Positions 25,746 through 34,205 of a stretch of DNA of 55,904 bases are shown here, piece by piece. The notes under the pieces are model-generated. The model had not been told where the DNA came from. It saw only the letters and a program-made list of their open reading frames with translations, and made no database searches. The stretch's first letter is position 1; the number at the start of each line of letters is the position of its first letter. Source of the DNA: a virus; IMG/VR virus record IMGVR_UViG_3300045988_128069, one strand, 5' to 3'. A program made the translations under genes and the position numbers.

Positions 25746-26531
25746 ATGAGCAATGAGGGTTATATCAAAATTTATCGCCAAATACGTGATTGGAAATGGT
25801 ACTCTGACGGCCCTACAAAAGATGTTTTCTTGCATTTGCTTGTAACGGCAAGTTTTGAAGATAAATTTTATCGAGGAATCGCGGTAAAACGCGGACAGTC
25901 TGTTTTGACTGTCGAAGAAATTAGAGAAGAGACGGGCCTCACAGTACGTCAAATTAGAACTGCGATAAACAGGCTAATTTCGACAAACGAAGTGACAAAG
26001 CAAGCTACATATAAATTTACCGTGTACACGATAAATAACTATGAGCATTACCAGAGCGGCGGCAATCTTAGTGACAAACCAACGACAAACCAACGACAAA
26101 CCAACGACAAACCTTTAGATACTAAGAATGTAAAGAATGTAAAGAATACCCCCTATACCCCCCAAGGGGGTGACGCGATTTCTCCTCAATTTGACACCTT
26201 CTGGTCAGCCTATCCCAGGAAGACAGGCAAGGCAGATGCACGCAAGAAATTTGAGAAGCTTGTTACTGAAGAATCCACCTTGTCCGCAATCTTGAAAAGC
26301 CTTGAGTATCTCAAGACCACAGAGCAGTGGAAGAAAGAAAATGGCAAGTATATTCCGTATCCTGCTACCTGGCTGAACCAAAAACGTTGGGAAGACGAAA
26401 CGGCACAGCCACCTGCTGAACTCCGCAAGTCTAAAAACCTGATTCCCATCTATGACCGGGAATATACACGTGAGGAACTGATTAACGGAGTTGTTCCGAA
26501 GCTCATTGGGTGGAAGGAGGAAGGCAAATGA
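25746..26531 (+). CDS. Replication initiator / replisome organizer (winged-helix N-terminus, DnaD-like C-terminal motif)
   Basis: FWSAYPRKTGKADARKKF..YIPYPATWLNQKRWEDE; upstream of the helicase. Confidence 0.6.
   Translation: MSNEGYIKIYRQIRDWKWYSDGPTKDVFLHLLVTASFEDKFYRGIAVKRGQSVLTVEEIREETGLTVRQIRTAINRLISTNEVTKQATYKFTVYTINNYEHYQSGGNLSDKPTTNQRQTNDKPLDTKNVKNVKNTPYTPQGGDAISPQFDTFWSAYPRKTGKADARKKFEKLVTEESTLSAILKSLEYLKTTEQWKKENGKYIPYPATWLNQKRWEDETAQPPAELRKSKNLIPIYDREYTREELINGVVPKLIGWKEEGK
26073..26141. repeat. Iteron-like tandem repeats inside the initiator gene (11 bp x3.7, then 9 bp x2.7)
   Basis: GACAAACCAAC at 26073, 26084, 26095 (+ partial); AAGAATGTA at 26124, 26133 (+ partial). Confidence 0.8.
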
Positions 26532-27784
26532 ATACAGCTGTTGCGGAAAAAGCCGTTATTGGCATCATGCTGATAGAGCCTGACCGGCAAAGTGAAGCGT
26601 TCAAAAGCCTGACAGCGCAGATGTTCAGCATCAAAGACCTGGGTGATATCTTCCTGCTTTGCAAGGAGCTTGATCGCAGAGGGGAACGGGCGGATGCAGT
26701 ATCGATAATATCACGCTGCAAAGAAAACATCAAGGCGATTGCTTACGAATGCGCCCAGACAGTTCCATCGGTGAGCGGATTTAACACCTACATCAACTGT
26801 GTCCTGGATGGATACCGGAAGCGGTTGATGATTGCCAAGATGGGCGAAATTGTGGCATCGGATGCAGACGCGGATGAAATGTTCGGCGCGGTTGCCGCCA
26901 TGATGGAAAAGCAGCAGCACATCATGGAGCACCAGCGCCAGCGCAGCGTAAAGGACTTTGCTGATGGCATTGAGGACTTTTTGCAATGGCTGAAAAAACC
27001 GAATGACAACATCCAAACGGGTTTTGGAACGCTGGATAAACTGACCGGCGGACTTGTACGAAGCGGCGTAACAGTGATTGCTGCCCGGCCCGGCAAAGGC
27101 AAATCTACACTGGCCCTGCAAATGGCGGCGCAGATATCGCAAACCTGCCTGACGCTGTACCAGTCAATGGAAATGAGCCGAGAACAGCTTTACACAGCAA
27201 TCTTTTCCCGATGGGAACAGATCGACAGCATCCGCATCACAAATCATGCGCTGACCGAAGAGGAAGAAAGCAAGATTGCAGAGGATGCAGAAATCCTGAA
27301 AAGGCGGTACAAGCTGATTCTGGATGATTCCAGCCTGACCAGCCTTGCAGACGTTGAACTGACCATCAAGGAGCGAAAACCGGAAGTGGTTGTAATTGAC
27401 CATCTGGGACTTGTGGCACCACCGAACGCCAAAGAAAAGCGCAATGACGAATTAGCGGCCCTTACACGGGGATTAAAGCAGCTGGCAATGAAATATCATA
27501 TCTGCATCATTGAGCTTGTACAGGCCGCGAGAGCCGCCGACACGGGGCTTATCAAGATGTCCGACATGTTCGGCTCCGCCACCATTGAACACGATGCAGA
27601 CATGATTCTTGCTATTAACCCGGAACACTACACCAAATTGCGAGAACAGCGGGAAGAAGACCCGCCAAGCGAAAGCGATACCGTGATTGAGATCGTCAAG
27701 AACAGGCACGGCGCTTGCGGACAGCTTGATTTTGCGTGGGTGAAGCCGTTCCATCTATTTTGTGAGGTGACAAACATTAACTAA
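26528..27784 (+). CDS. Replicative DNA helicase (DnaB family)
   Basis: Walker A ARPGKGKST, DnaB-type N- and C-domains; ATGA overlap with the upstream gene. Confidence 0.85.
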   Translation: MNTAVAEKAVIGIMLIEPDRQSEAFKSLTAQMFSIKDLGDIFLLCKELDRRGERADAVSIISRCKENIKAIAYECAQTVPSVSGFNTYINCVLDGYRKRLMIAKMGEIVASDADADEMFGAVAAMMEKQQHIMEHQRQRSVKDFADGIEDFLQWLKKPNDNIQTGFGTLDKLTGGLVRSGVTVIAARPGKGKSTLALQMAAQISQTCLTLYQSMEMSREQLYTAIFSRWEQIDSIRITNHALTEEEESKIAEDAEILKRRYKLILDDSSLTSLADVELTIKERKPEVVVIDHLGLVAPPNAKEKRNDELAALTRGLKQLAMKYHICIIELVQAARAADTGLIKMSDMFGSATIEHDADMILAINPEHYTKLREQREEDPPSESDTVIEIVKNRHGACGQLDFAWVKPFHLFCEVTNIN

Positions 27785-27797
27785 CCGTGAATTGTAC

Positions 27798-27953
27798 ATG
27801 CAGCTTGCACAGACTTGCACAGAAAAAACGATTGAACTTGACCGGGAAATGGAAAAATACGGCGAGAAGTTGATGAAGTGCGCTTATGACGCAGCACAAT
27901 GGAAGCTGAAAGCAGCGGAATTCCGGACAAAGGCACGGGAGGAAGGCATGTGA
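27798..27953 (+). CDS. Hypothetical protein (51 aa)
   Basis: ORF below track cutoff, read by hand. Confidence 0.3.
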   Translation: MQLAQTCTEKTIELDREMEKYGEKLMKCAYDAAQWKLKAAEFRTKAREEGM

Positions 27954-28054
27954 TCTACAAGTACACCATCCCGCTGCCGCCGGTAACGAAAAAGAATTCA
28001 CAGCGAATCATTCAAAATTCTCGCCTGCCGGATATATGGTACAGCGAGAAGTAA
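27950..28054 (+). pseudogene. Truncated duplicate of the rusA 5' end (34 codons)
   Basis: VIYKYTIPLPPVTKKNSQRIIQNS vs RusA MIQKYIVSLPPVTKKNSQQILTNH at 28998. Confidence 0.6.
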
Positions 28055-28080
28055 TACGCGAAAGTAAAGGAGATAGCACC

Positions 28081-29001
28081 GTGAGCAAAGAAGATTGGGG
28101 CATTGTGACCCTGCCGACAAACGGCGACCCGGAGAAGATTGCCATCAGGCGGCTGAAAGCGGCAAGCGACATGGCGTTGAAGTATTACGGCACGCCACTT
28201 GTGGTAACGACCAGCGGCGGCAAGGACAGCAGCGTATGCGTAGAGCTTGCACTGAGGGGGGGCATTCCGTTTGAGGTACAGCACAACCACACAACTGCGG
28301 ATGCACCGGAGACAGTGCGGTTTGTACGACGGGAATTTGCCAGACTTGAAAATTTGGGCGTGAAATGCACCATCAACTACCCTGTTTATAAGGGCAAGCG
28401 CACAAGCATGTGGGACTTAATCCCGCAAAAGCTGATTCCGCCGACACGAATTGTGCGGTACTGTTGCGCTGTGCTGAAAGAACAGGGCGGAAACGGGCGG
28501 TTCATCACGACTGGCGTGCGGTGGGCGGAAAGCAGTCGAAGAAAGCGTGACAGAGGCGTTTTTGAAGCGTACACCCGGAACAAAGAGAACAAAATCGTTT
28601 TGAAAGGCGAAGAACAGGAGTCGAGCGAAATCTTTGAAGGATGCAAGGTGGCCGCAAAACGCGTAGTAAACCCCATTGTGGACTGGACGGACAATCAAGT
28701 ATGGAGCTTTTTGCAGGATGCAAATGTGCCTCTCAACCCGTTGTATGAATGTGGGTTGGATCGTGTGGGATGTATCGGATGTCCGCTTGCAAAGAAAAGT
28801 AAACGATATGCGGAGTTCCGCCGCTGGTCTGCCTACGAGAAACTATACATACAATCATTTGACAGGATGCTTGATGAGCGCAGAGCGCGCGGAAAGCTGG
28901 ACGGAAACTGGATGAAGGGCGGTACAGGGCAAGATGTATTCCGCTGGTGGATGGAAGAAGATGTACTGCCAGGACAGATGAGCGTGGAGGACTTTACATG
29001 A
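28081..29001 (+). CDS. PAPS reductase / PP-loop ATPase family protein
   Basis: PP-loop VVTTSGGKDSS; C-terminal Cys cluster; GTG 28081 after AAGGAG (track start 28036 has no RBS). Confidence 0.75.
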   Translation: MSKEDWGIVTLPTNGDPEKIAIRRLKAASDMALKYYGTPLVVTTSGGKDSSVCVELALRGGIPFEVQHNHTTADAPETVRFVRREFARLENLGVKCTINYPVYKGKRTSMWDLIPQKLIPPTRIVRYCCAVLKEQGGNGRFITTGVRWAESSRRKRDRGVFEAYTRNKENKIVLKGEEQESSEIFEGCKVAAKRVVNPIVDWTDNQVWSFLQDANVPLNPLYECGLDRVGCIGCPLAKKSKRYAEFRRWSAYEKLYIQSFDRMLDERRARGKLDGNWMKGGTGQDVFRWWMEEDVLPGQMSVEDFT

Positions 29002-29411
29002 TCCAAAAATATATTGTCTCCCTGCCCCCTGTTACCAAGAAGAACTCCCAGCAAATTCTTACCAACCATCGTACAGGAAAGCCGTTCATAGCCCCTAGCA
29101 GCGCCTATAAGCGCTACGAAGAGCAAGCCATATACTTTCTTACCCCAAAGCCGAAAACCCCGCTGGCGGGGCGCTATAACGTCAAGCTGTTGTTTTACAT
29201 GCCTACTCGTAGAAAAGTGGACAAAACGAATTTAGAAAGCGCCATTATGGATGTTTTAGTAGATGCCAAAATACTTGCAGATGACAACCGAAATATTGTT
29301 GCGGCCACAGATGGAACAAGGGTGTACTACGACAAAGAAAACCCGAGAACAGAAATCTACATAGAAGATTTTACGGAGGAATATGATACATGGGGAAAAG
29401 GATTGACTTGA
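28998..29411 (+). CDS. rusA: RusA-family Holliday junction resolvase
   Basis: PPVTKKNS..KVDKTNLESAIMDVLVDAKILADDNRNI. Confidence 0.75.
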   Translation: MIQKYIVSLPPVTKKNSQQILTNHRTGKPFIAPSSAYKRYEEQAIYFLTPKPKTPLAGRYNVKLLFYMPTRRKVDKTNLESAIMDVLVDAKILADDNRNIVAATDGTRVYYDKENPRTEIYIEDFTEEYDTWGKGLT

Positions 29412-29494
29412 CTGGAAAACAGTTTGGCCGTTGGACGGTGGTTTCAGAAAGCAATTTAAGAGACTGCAACGGCAATATCAGGAACGGAGAATAA
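29390..29494 (+). pseudogene. 34-codon remnant of the Zn-ribbon/AP2 family N-terminus
   Basis: MGKRIDLTGKQFGRWTVVSE.. then stop before the Cys ribbon. Confidence 0.5.
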
Positions 29495-29497
29495 AAA

Positions 29498-29716
29498 ATG
29501 ACCGGAACACTATCCGCCCCATGCGAGCATTGTCCGGAACGCCACGCGCTATGCCATAGCACTTGCAGCAGGTATCTTGCATATCGTGCCAAGATGGATG
29601 ACATCAGCAAGCAGCGCATGCAGGCGCAAGCGCTGAACGAAGCGGATGTGCTCAGGGGAGACAAAACCCGGCGGGATGTGAGGAATCACGGCCTGCCGGG
29701 CCACAGGAGGAGATAA
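29498..29716 (+). CDS. Cys/His-rich small protein (72 aa)
   Basis: CEHCPERHALCHSTC. Confidence 0.5.
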   Translation: MTGTLSAPCEHCPERHALCHSTCSRYLAYRAKMDDISKQRMQAQALNEADVLRGDKTRRDVRNHGLPGHRRR

Positions 29717-29718
29717 AC

Positions 29719-30048
29719 ATGAAAGCCAAAATACAGCTCCCGGCCTGCTACAAGAAAGAGGCGGAAGCTTATATTGCAAAGCTTGAAGCTGAATCAATCG
29801 CAAGGGTGCATGAGGAAGTGATGAAAGAACGGCAGGATATTGCCTTGAGATCACTGTATTTATGCCTACTGGCCTGCTATCAGGTGGGACTGGAGCCGTC
29901 CGCACTGGTTGAAATCCAGAATGCCATGAGCGGCCCTGTCACGGAAAAGTATTCCAGCTACCGCGTTGACCAGCTGGCCGACACATGGGCGCAGGTTACG
30001 CTGCAAAACATCGGGGTTGATGTGGCTGAAACGGGGGAGCAATTATGA
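29719..30048 (+). CDS. Hypothetical protein (109 aa)
   Basis: Track ORF. Confidence 0.5.
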   Translation: MKAKIQLPACYKKEAEAYIAKLEAESIARVHEEVMKERQDIALRSLYLCLLACYQVGLEPSALVEIQNAMSGPVTEKYSSYRVDQLADTWAQVTLQNIGVDVAETGEQL

Positions 30049-30221
30049 GCTTTGAAACGCCTGAAAATATGGATAAATGTTGCAGCGCTTGCCGATGGAA
30101 TAAACCGTTCAATAGTGTGTGCTGCAATGCTGACAGCCCGCATTGCGCCGACTTTTGGGATGACGGATGCAATGAATGGGAAGGAGGGCCGAATGACTTT
30201 GTTCGAGAAGTTGGCTGGTAA
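30045..30221 (+). CDS. Cys-rich small protein (58 aa)
   Basis: ATGA overlap; CCSAC..CC..C..C; below track cutoff. Confidence 0.4.
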   Translation: MSFETPENMDKCCSACRWNKPFNSVCCNADSPHCADFWDDGCNEWEGGPNDFVREVGW

Positions 30222-30651
30222 AGCATCCGCGCTGCTGAATGCAAGCGGTATTTGCTCTAATAACTGCATTGACGGCCATTGCAGCGGGTGCGGCGAATGC
30301 TGCGCTGATCTTCTCCCGCTCACGAAAGGCGAAATTAAACGGCTGCGAGATTATGCCAGAAAGCACCACTTGCAGGAAAATAAGCGCTCTTTTTTGGAAA
30401 CAAAGGGCGGGCCGGATTTAAGCTGCCCATTCCGCAATGAGCGCACAAAACAGTGCGATGTTTACTCTGTGCGGCCTTTGATTTGCAAAGAGTATATCTG
30501 TTCCAGGCTTTTGCAGAAGCCGATTGCTCAAACCGGTCTTAAGAAAGAGAAGCGGGACATGCACTCATTGCGATGGGAGGTTTTCAAGAACCCGGAATGT
30601 GAAAATCTGCTGAAAGAAGCGCAAAAGGCCGCTTGTGGGAAAAAGAAGTGA
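30193..30651 (+). CDS. YkgJ-type CxxCxxCC cysteine-cluster (Zn/Fe-chelating) protein
   Basis: CSGCGECC..CPF..C.VY..RPLICKEYIC; ATG after GGAAGGAGGG. Confidence 0.55.
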   Translation: MTLFEKLAGKASALLNASGICSNNCIDGHCSGCGECCADLLPLTKGEIKRLRDYARKHHLQENKRSFLETKGGPDLSCPFRNERTKQCDVYSVRPLICKEYICSRLLQKPIAQTGLKKEKRDMHSLRWEVFKNPECENLLKEAQKAACGKKK

Positions 30652-30663
30652 TCGAGGTATGGA

Positions 30664-30840
30664 ATGAGAAAAGCCGAATATAAGCGCATGCGGGGCGTAA
30701 AAGAAAATTACGTTCAAGACCGGCTGCGGCTGAAAAGGATATTCTGCACCAGCATTAAGCATGTGCGCTGGATGAAACGATATATCAACCGCGCACCGAG
30801 ACACAAAGAGAAACGGGAGGATATGGATTATGACGGCTAA
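30664..30840 (+). CDS. Basic small protein (58 aa)
   Basis: Hand-read ORF overlapping the next start. Confidence 0.3.
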   Translation: MRKAEYKRMRGVKENYVQDRLRLKRIFCTSIKHVRWMKRYINRAPRHKEKREDMDYDG

Positions 30841-31186
30841 AAAAATCAGCGAAATCTTGAAATTGCATAAAGCATGGATTAACGGAGAAAAGCACGGGAA
30901 AAGGGCCAACATGTCCGGGGTCTACCTGTTCTGGTTCTACCTGTTCTGGGTCTACCTGTCCGGGACCAACCTGTCCGGGACCGAGAATGTGCCATATACG
31001 CCTATGGCATGCCCGGATGAAGGAGAGTTTACCGGGTGGAAAAAATGAAAAAGTGATAGAATCGTAAAGCTAAAAATCCCGGAATCTGCAAGACGAAGCA
31101 GCGCATCACGGAAAAAATTCCGTTGCGGCAAAGCAGAAGTGCTTGAAATTACATCAATTGATGGAAAAGAAAAATATAAGGAGTGA
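30830..31186 (+). pseudogene. Pentapeptide-repeat protein gene interrupted by an in-frame TGA at 31046..31048
   Basis: ANMSG/VYLFW/FYLFW/VYLSG/TNLSG repeats; same frame continues after TGA as KSDRIVKLKIPESARRSSASRKKFRCGKAEVLEI. Confidence 0.5.
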
Positions 31187-31190
31187 GACT

Positions 31191-31553
31191 ATGGACACAG
31201 TTGAATTTTTCAAGACGGTAAAAAGGTTATGCAAAAATAAAGGCTGCGATGGATGCCCTGTTTGTAAAAATAACACATGCATGGTCATGCTCATGGCTAG
31301 GATCTACGGAGCTTCAGATGAAAGCATTGAAGAAACGATTTCAAAAGTTGAGCAATGGGCGAAAGACCACCCAGCCAAGACCCGCCAGAGTGAGTTTTTG
31401 AAGATGTTTCCGAATGCAGTAATAGATGAAGATGATGGAATTTTGTGTATTCGCCCTTGCGTCATTGATGAAAGCATTGGATGCACAAATGAAAAAGGCT
31501 GCGACGGCTGCCGTCGCAAATACTGGCTAACGGAGGTACCCGACAATGACTAA
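31191..31553 (+). CDS. Cys-rich hypothetical protein (120 aa)
   Basis: ATG 31191 after AAGGAG; CKNKGCDGCPVCKNNTC..CTNEKGCDGC. Confidence 0.5.
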   Translation: MDTVEFFKTVKRLCKNKGCDGCPVCKNNTCMVMLMARIYGASDESIEETISKVEQWAKDHPAKTRQSEFLKMFPNAVIDEDDGILCIRPCVIDESIGCTNEKGCDGCRRKYWLTEVPDND

Positions 31554-32136
31554 CATCACAACCCTGCGCCCCGGCGAGCACTTCATGTTCAAAAATTTCG
31601 AATGGGTCTGCCTTGACCCACACCACCCTGATGGCGGCGTGCTGGCTATTATGGCAAAGACGTGGGCAAAAGATGTAAAGTTCTGCCCAAGTGATAAATT
31701 TGCGGATGAAAAAGGCAAATGGAATAACTACCGCACCAGCAATGTGCGTTGGATTCTATATGATATGGCGAACGCTGTTTTCGATAGAGAAAGTCAGCTT
31801 TTGCATACCGTTGACCTTGTTGCAGACAACGGGGACAGAGCCTATGGAACAGTGAAAGACACCGTTTTCATCCTGACTTGTGACGAGTACCGCAAGTACC
31901 GTGACTACATCCCGCACTACGATAGCTGGATTTGGACTGCTACACCGTGGTATTGCGGTGACAAGGATTCCGATGTGGGCAACGCGAACATCGTTCGCTG
32001 TGTGCTCACGGTTGGTCAGTTAATCGGATACTACTTTGCGTATAACAGCGGTGCTGTCGTGCCGGCTTGTATTCTCAATCCGAAATCGCTCAATCTGCGC
32101 CATGGAATGACGTATGTAGAGGAGGTATCAGAATGA
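31546..32136 (+). CDS. Conserved hypothetical protein (196 aa)
   Basis: Track ORF; W.WTATPW and VVPACIL motifs typical of a widespread Firmicutes family of unknown function. Confidence 0.55.
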   Translation: MTNITTLRPGEHFMFKNFEWVCLDPHHPDGGVLAIMAKTWAKDVKFCPSDKFADEKGKWNNYRTSNVRWILYDMANAVFDRESQLLHTVDLVADNGDRAYGTVKDTVFILTCDEYRKYRDYIPHYDSWIWTATPWYCGDKDSDVGNANIVRCVLTVGQLIGYYFAYNSGAVVPACILNPKSLNLRHGMTYVEEVSE

Positions 32137-32483
32137 GCACAACAATAGGCTGCCCGATTCCGGGCGCAAGCCAGCCGAAAGAACAGCCCAAAACAATAGT
32201 AGAAAGAATCGGTGAGTCTGCATTTCTTGAACAGCTTGCAGAAGAGTGTTCAGAACTTGCGCAAGCAGCATTGAAAACCGCGCGGAAGTATCGCGGTGAA
32301 AACCCAACGCCTAAAACCATTGAAGAATGCTATGATGCTTTGCAGGAAGAAATTGCAGACGTGATGCTTTGCGTGTCTGAATATCTTGATTGTAAAGGGA
32401 CTAATTATCTTGATCGCGTCATGCTGATGAAATTCAAAAAGCATGAGCGCTGGGAACGGCGATTAAAGGAGGTTGGTAAATGA
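32133..32483 (+). CDS. MazG-like nucleotide pyrophosphohydrolase
   Basis: LAEECSELAQAA..LQEEIADVMLCV (EExxE..ExxD pattern). Confidence 0.6.
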   Translation: MSTTIGCPIPGASQPKEQPKTIVERIGESAFLEQLAEECSELAQAALKTARKYRGENPTPKTIEECYDALQEEIADVMLCVSEYLDCKGTNYLDRVMLMKFKKHERWERRLKEVGK

Positions 32484-32644
32484 ATTGGGAAGAATACGCG
32501 AATACAGTTACATCGCTGTTTAACAAGCTAAAAGAAAAAGGATGGTCAGCATACGGCGGGCAGAATAGCGATGTAATGAAGTTGCTGGAGCTGTATTTTA
32601 CTAGCGGAGCATACGTTTCTGGCGATAAGGAGAAAAGACAATGA
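32480..32644 (+). CDS. Hypothetical protein (54 aa)
   Basis: ATGA overlaps at both ends. Confidence 0.35.
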   Translation: MNWEEYANTVTSLFNKLKEKGWSAYGGQNSDVMKLLELYFTSGAYVSGDKEKRQ

Positions 32645-32892
32645 AAGTCTATAAAAGCCCGTGGGTTAGCCGTGAAAGCTATTTTGTTAAAACAAGTGAG
32701 GAATGGATTATGACTACTGGGTATTCTGTTGAGCTTTGTAATGGGAAGTGGATTGTTGGAAAAACAAAATATTTTACAAGAGATATAGAAATGATGCCGG
32801 TTGTTGCAGAAAATAATATTGACTTAAAAGACGTAATCAAGAATGCAATACTTTCTGCTGTGCGTAACGCAAAAGATGGTGAACGCAGATGA
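32641..32892 (+). CDS. Hypothetical protein (83 aa)
   Basis: Track ORF. Confidence 0.5.
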   Translation: MKVYKSPWVSRESYFVKTSEEWIMTTGYSVELCNGKWIVGKTKYFTRDIEMMPVVAENNIDLKDVIKNAILSAVRNAKDGERR

Positions 32893-33116
32893 GTGAATGG
32901 ATAAGTGTTAAAGACAGGCTGCCGGTTACCTTTGATGAAGTTCTTGTGCATTCCGACAACTGCTTTACTTCGATTGCGTGGAGAGAAACAGAAAAAAGAA
33001 AGAACGGAATTGTTGGTTGGCATTGGAACTCTTATTTTAAGAGCCTTGGTCATGTAACCCACTGGATGCCGCTCCCAGAACCCCCAGAGGTGACCCCGTG
33101 GCAAAACAGCAACTAG
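32889..33116 (+). CDS. DUF551-type protein
   Basis: WISVKDRLP...THWMPLPEPP. Confidence 0.65.
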   Translation: MSEWISVKDRLPVTFDEVLVHSDNCFTSIAWRETEKRKNGIVGWHWNSYFKSLGHVTHWMPLPEPPEVTPWQNSN

Positions 33117-33155
33117 TTGATTAACAGCAACTTGTTGATTAAAGGAGGATGGCAA

Positions 33156-33464
33156 ATGAGCAAAGAACATGTGCGGCTGATTGATGCAAGCAATGTTATG
33201 GAAGCGGTATTTGGTGCCGTTGAATTGGACAATTCACAATATCTTGCCATACAGCACGAAATCGAAAAACTTCCCACCATCGACCCAGAATCCTTGCGGC
33301 CTACGGCGCATTGGGAAAACGAGGACGATTACTACGGCGATTCTATTATCTGGAGCTGTTCTGTTTGCAAGGATAGATTTATTCTAAATGATGGTACGCC
33401 GGAAGAAAATAATTACAAGTATTGCCCAAGCTGCGGCGCAAGGATGGTGAACACAAATGAATGA
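33156..33464 (+). CDS. Zn-ribbon hypothetical protein
   Basis: ATG after AAAGGAGG; CSVC..CPSC. Confidence 0.5.
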   Translation: MSKEHVRLIDASNVMEAVFGAVELDNSQYLAIQHEIEKLPTIDPESLRPTAHWENEDDYYGDSIIWSCSVCKDRFILNDGTPEENNYKYCPSCGARMVNTNE

Positions 33465-33663
33465 CCCGGTAAAAATCATTGATAAAGCATGTATGAGTTA
33501 CATAATCGACCACCAAGAGGAGAAAAAAGGATTATATCTATCTTTGGAAAATTGTGAAGGTGGCGCTGTCGTGGTAGCTTGCGACAATAGCACGGGCTTT
33601 GCATATATCGAAGAATTTGACAGCGTGAAAGCTGCTATCAAGTGGTTGCGGAGGGAAGAATGA
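33457..33663 (+). CDS. Hypothetical protein (68 aa)
   Basis: Track ORF. Confidence 0.45.
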   Translation: MNDPVKIIDKACMSYIIDHQEEKKGLYLSLENCEGGAVVVACDNSTGFAYIEEFDSVKAAIKWLRREE

Positions 33664-33908
33664 ACCAAACATTTTTTGACCCAGTAAACAGCAAGTGCAT
33701 TTCTTTTGACGGCGTGCCGAAGATTTCAGATTTTGGTGATGAAAACGATTTGATTCGGCGCGGTGATGCGTTGAAAGCCATTAGAAAAGCATGTATCAGT
33801 GCGTATTTGCCGTTCGATTCCGCCACGCCGGAAGGGCAGCGAGTAATGGATGCTCTATATGCGGTATGGAAAGTGAAAAAAGAGGGAAAGACGCATGACA
33901 GTATTTGA
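33660..33908 (+). CDS. Hypothetical protein (82 aa)
   Basis: ATGA overlap with the upstream gene. Confidence 0.45.
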   Translation: MNQTFFDPVNSKCISFDGVPKISDFGDENDLIRRGDALKAIRKACISAYLPFDSATPEGQRVMDALYAVWKVKKEGKTHDSI

Positions 33909-34050
33909 CGCAAACTGCATCTACACAATCAAATGCCTTGCTCTGATCTTCGTTGCAGCACCGGGAGCGATGCTTATCGGCGCATTGCTGATCTACCTGT
34001 TTGCCCTGTGCTGCAAACAAATTTCAGGGCTTTGGAGGGAGCAAAAATGA
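33895..34050 (+). CDS. Small membrane protein (51 aa)
   Basis: Hand-read ORF; TM CLALIFVAAPGAMLIGALLIYLFAL. Confidence 0.35.
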   Translation: MTVFDANCIYTIKCLALIFVAAPGAMLIGALLIYLFALCCKQISGLWREQK

Positions 34051-34205
34051 ACATTTTCCTTTCGGTTCTTGGCACCGCGATTGTCACAATTTTGATTGCG
34101 GGAGCCTATTCCATCGGCGTATCTGTCGGCAGAGCTGCGGCTGGGTATGAAGATGATGACCGGGAACCGGTAATTTACATGGAACACACGCACGGGGGCG
34201 AGTAA
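34047..34205 (+). CDS. Small membrane protein (52 aa)
   Basis: ATGA overlap; TM FLSVLGTAIVTILIAGAYSIGV. Confidence 0.35.
   Translation: MNIFLSVLGTAIVTILIAGAYSIGVSVGRAAAGYEDDDREPVIYMEHTHGGE

Noticed and set aside
31046-31048. Genome-wide stop-codon reassignment (TGA or TAG recoding) to explain the in-frame stops at 31046 and 21159
   Set aside because: TGA, TAG and TAA all terminate many well-defined genes here: endolysin at TGA, the LuxR-like and cro-like genes at TAG, the tail gene at TAA. Local mutation or read-through is more likely. I saw no SECIS-like hairpin after 31048.
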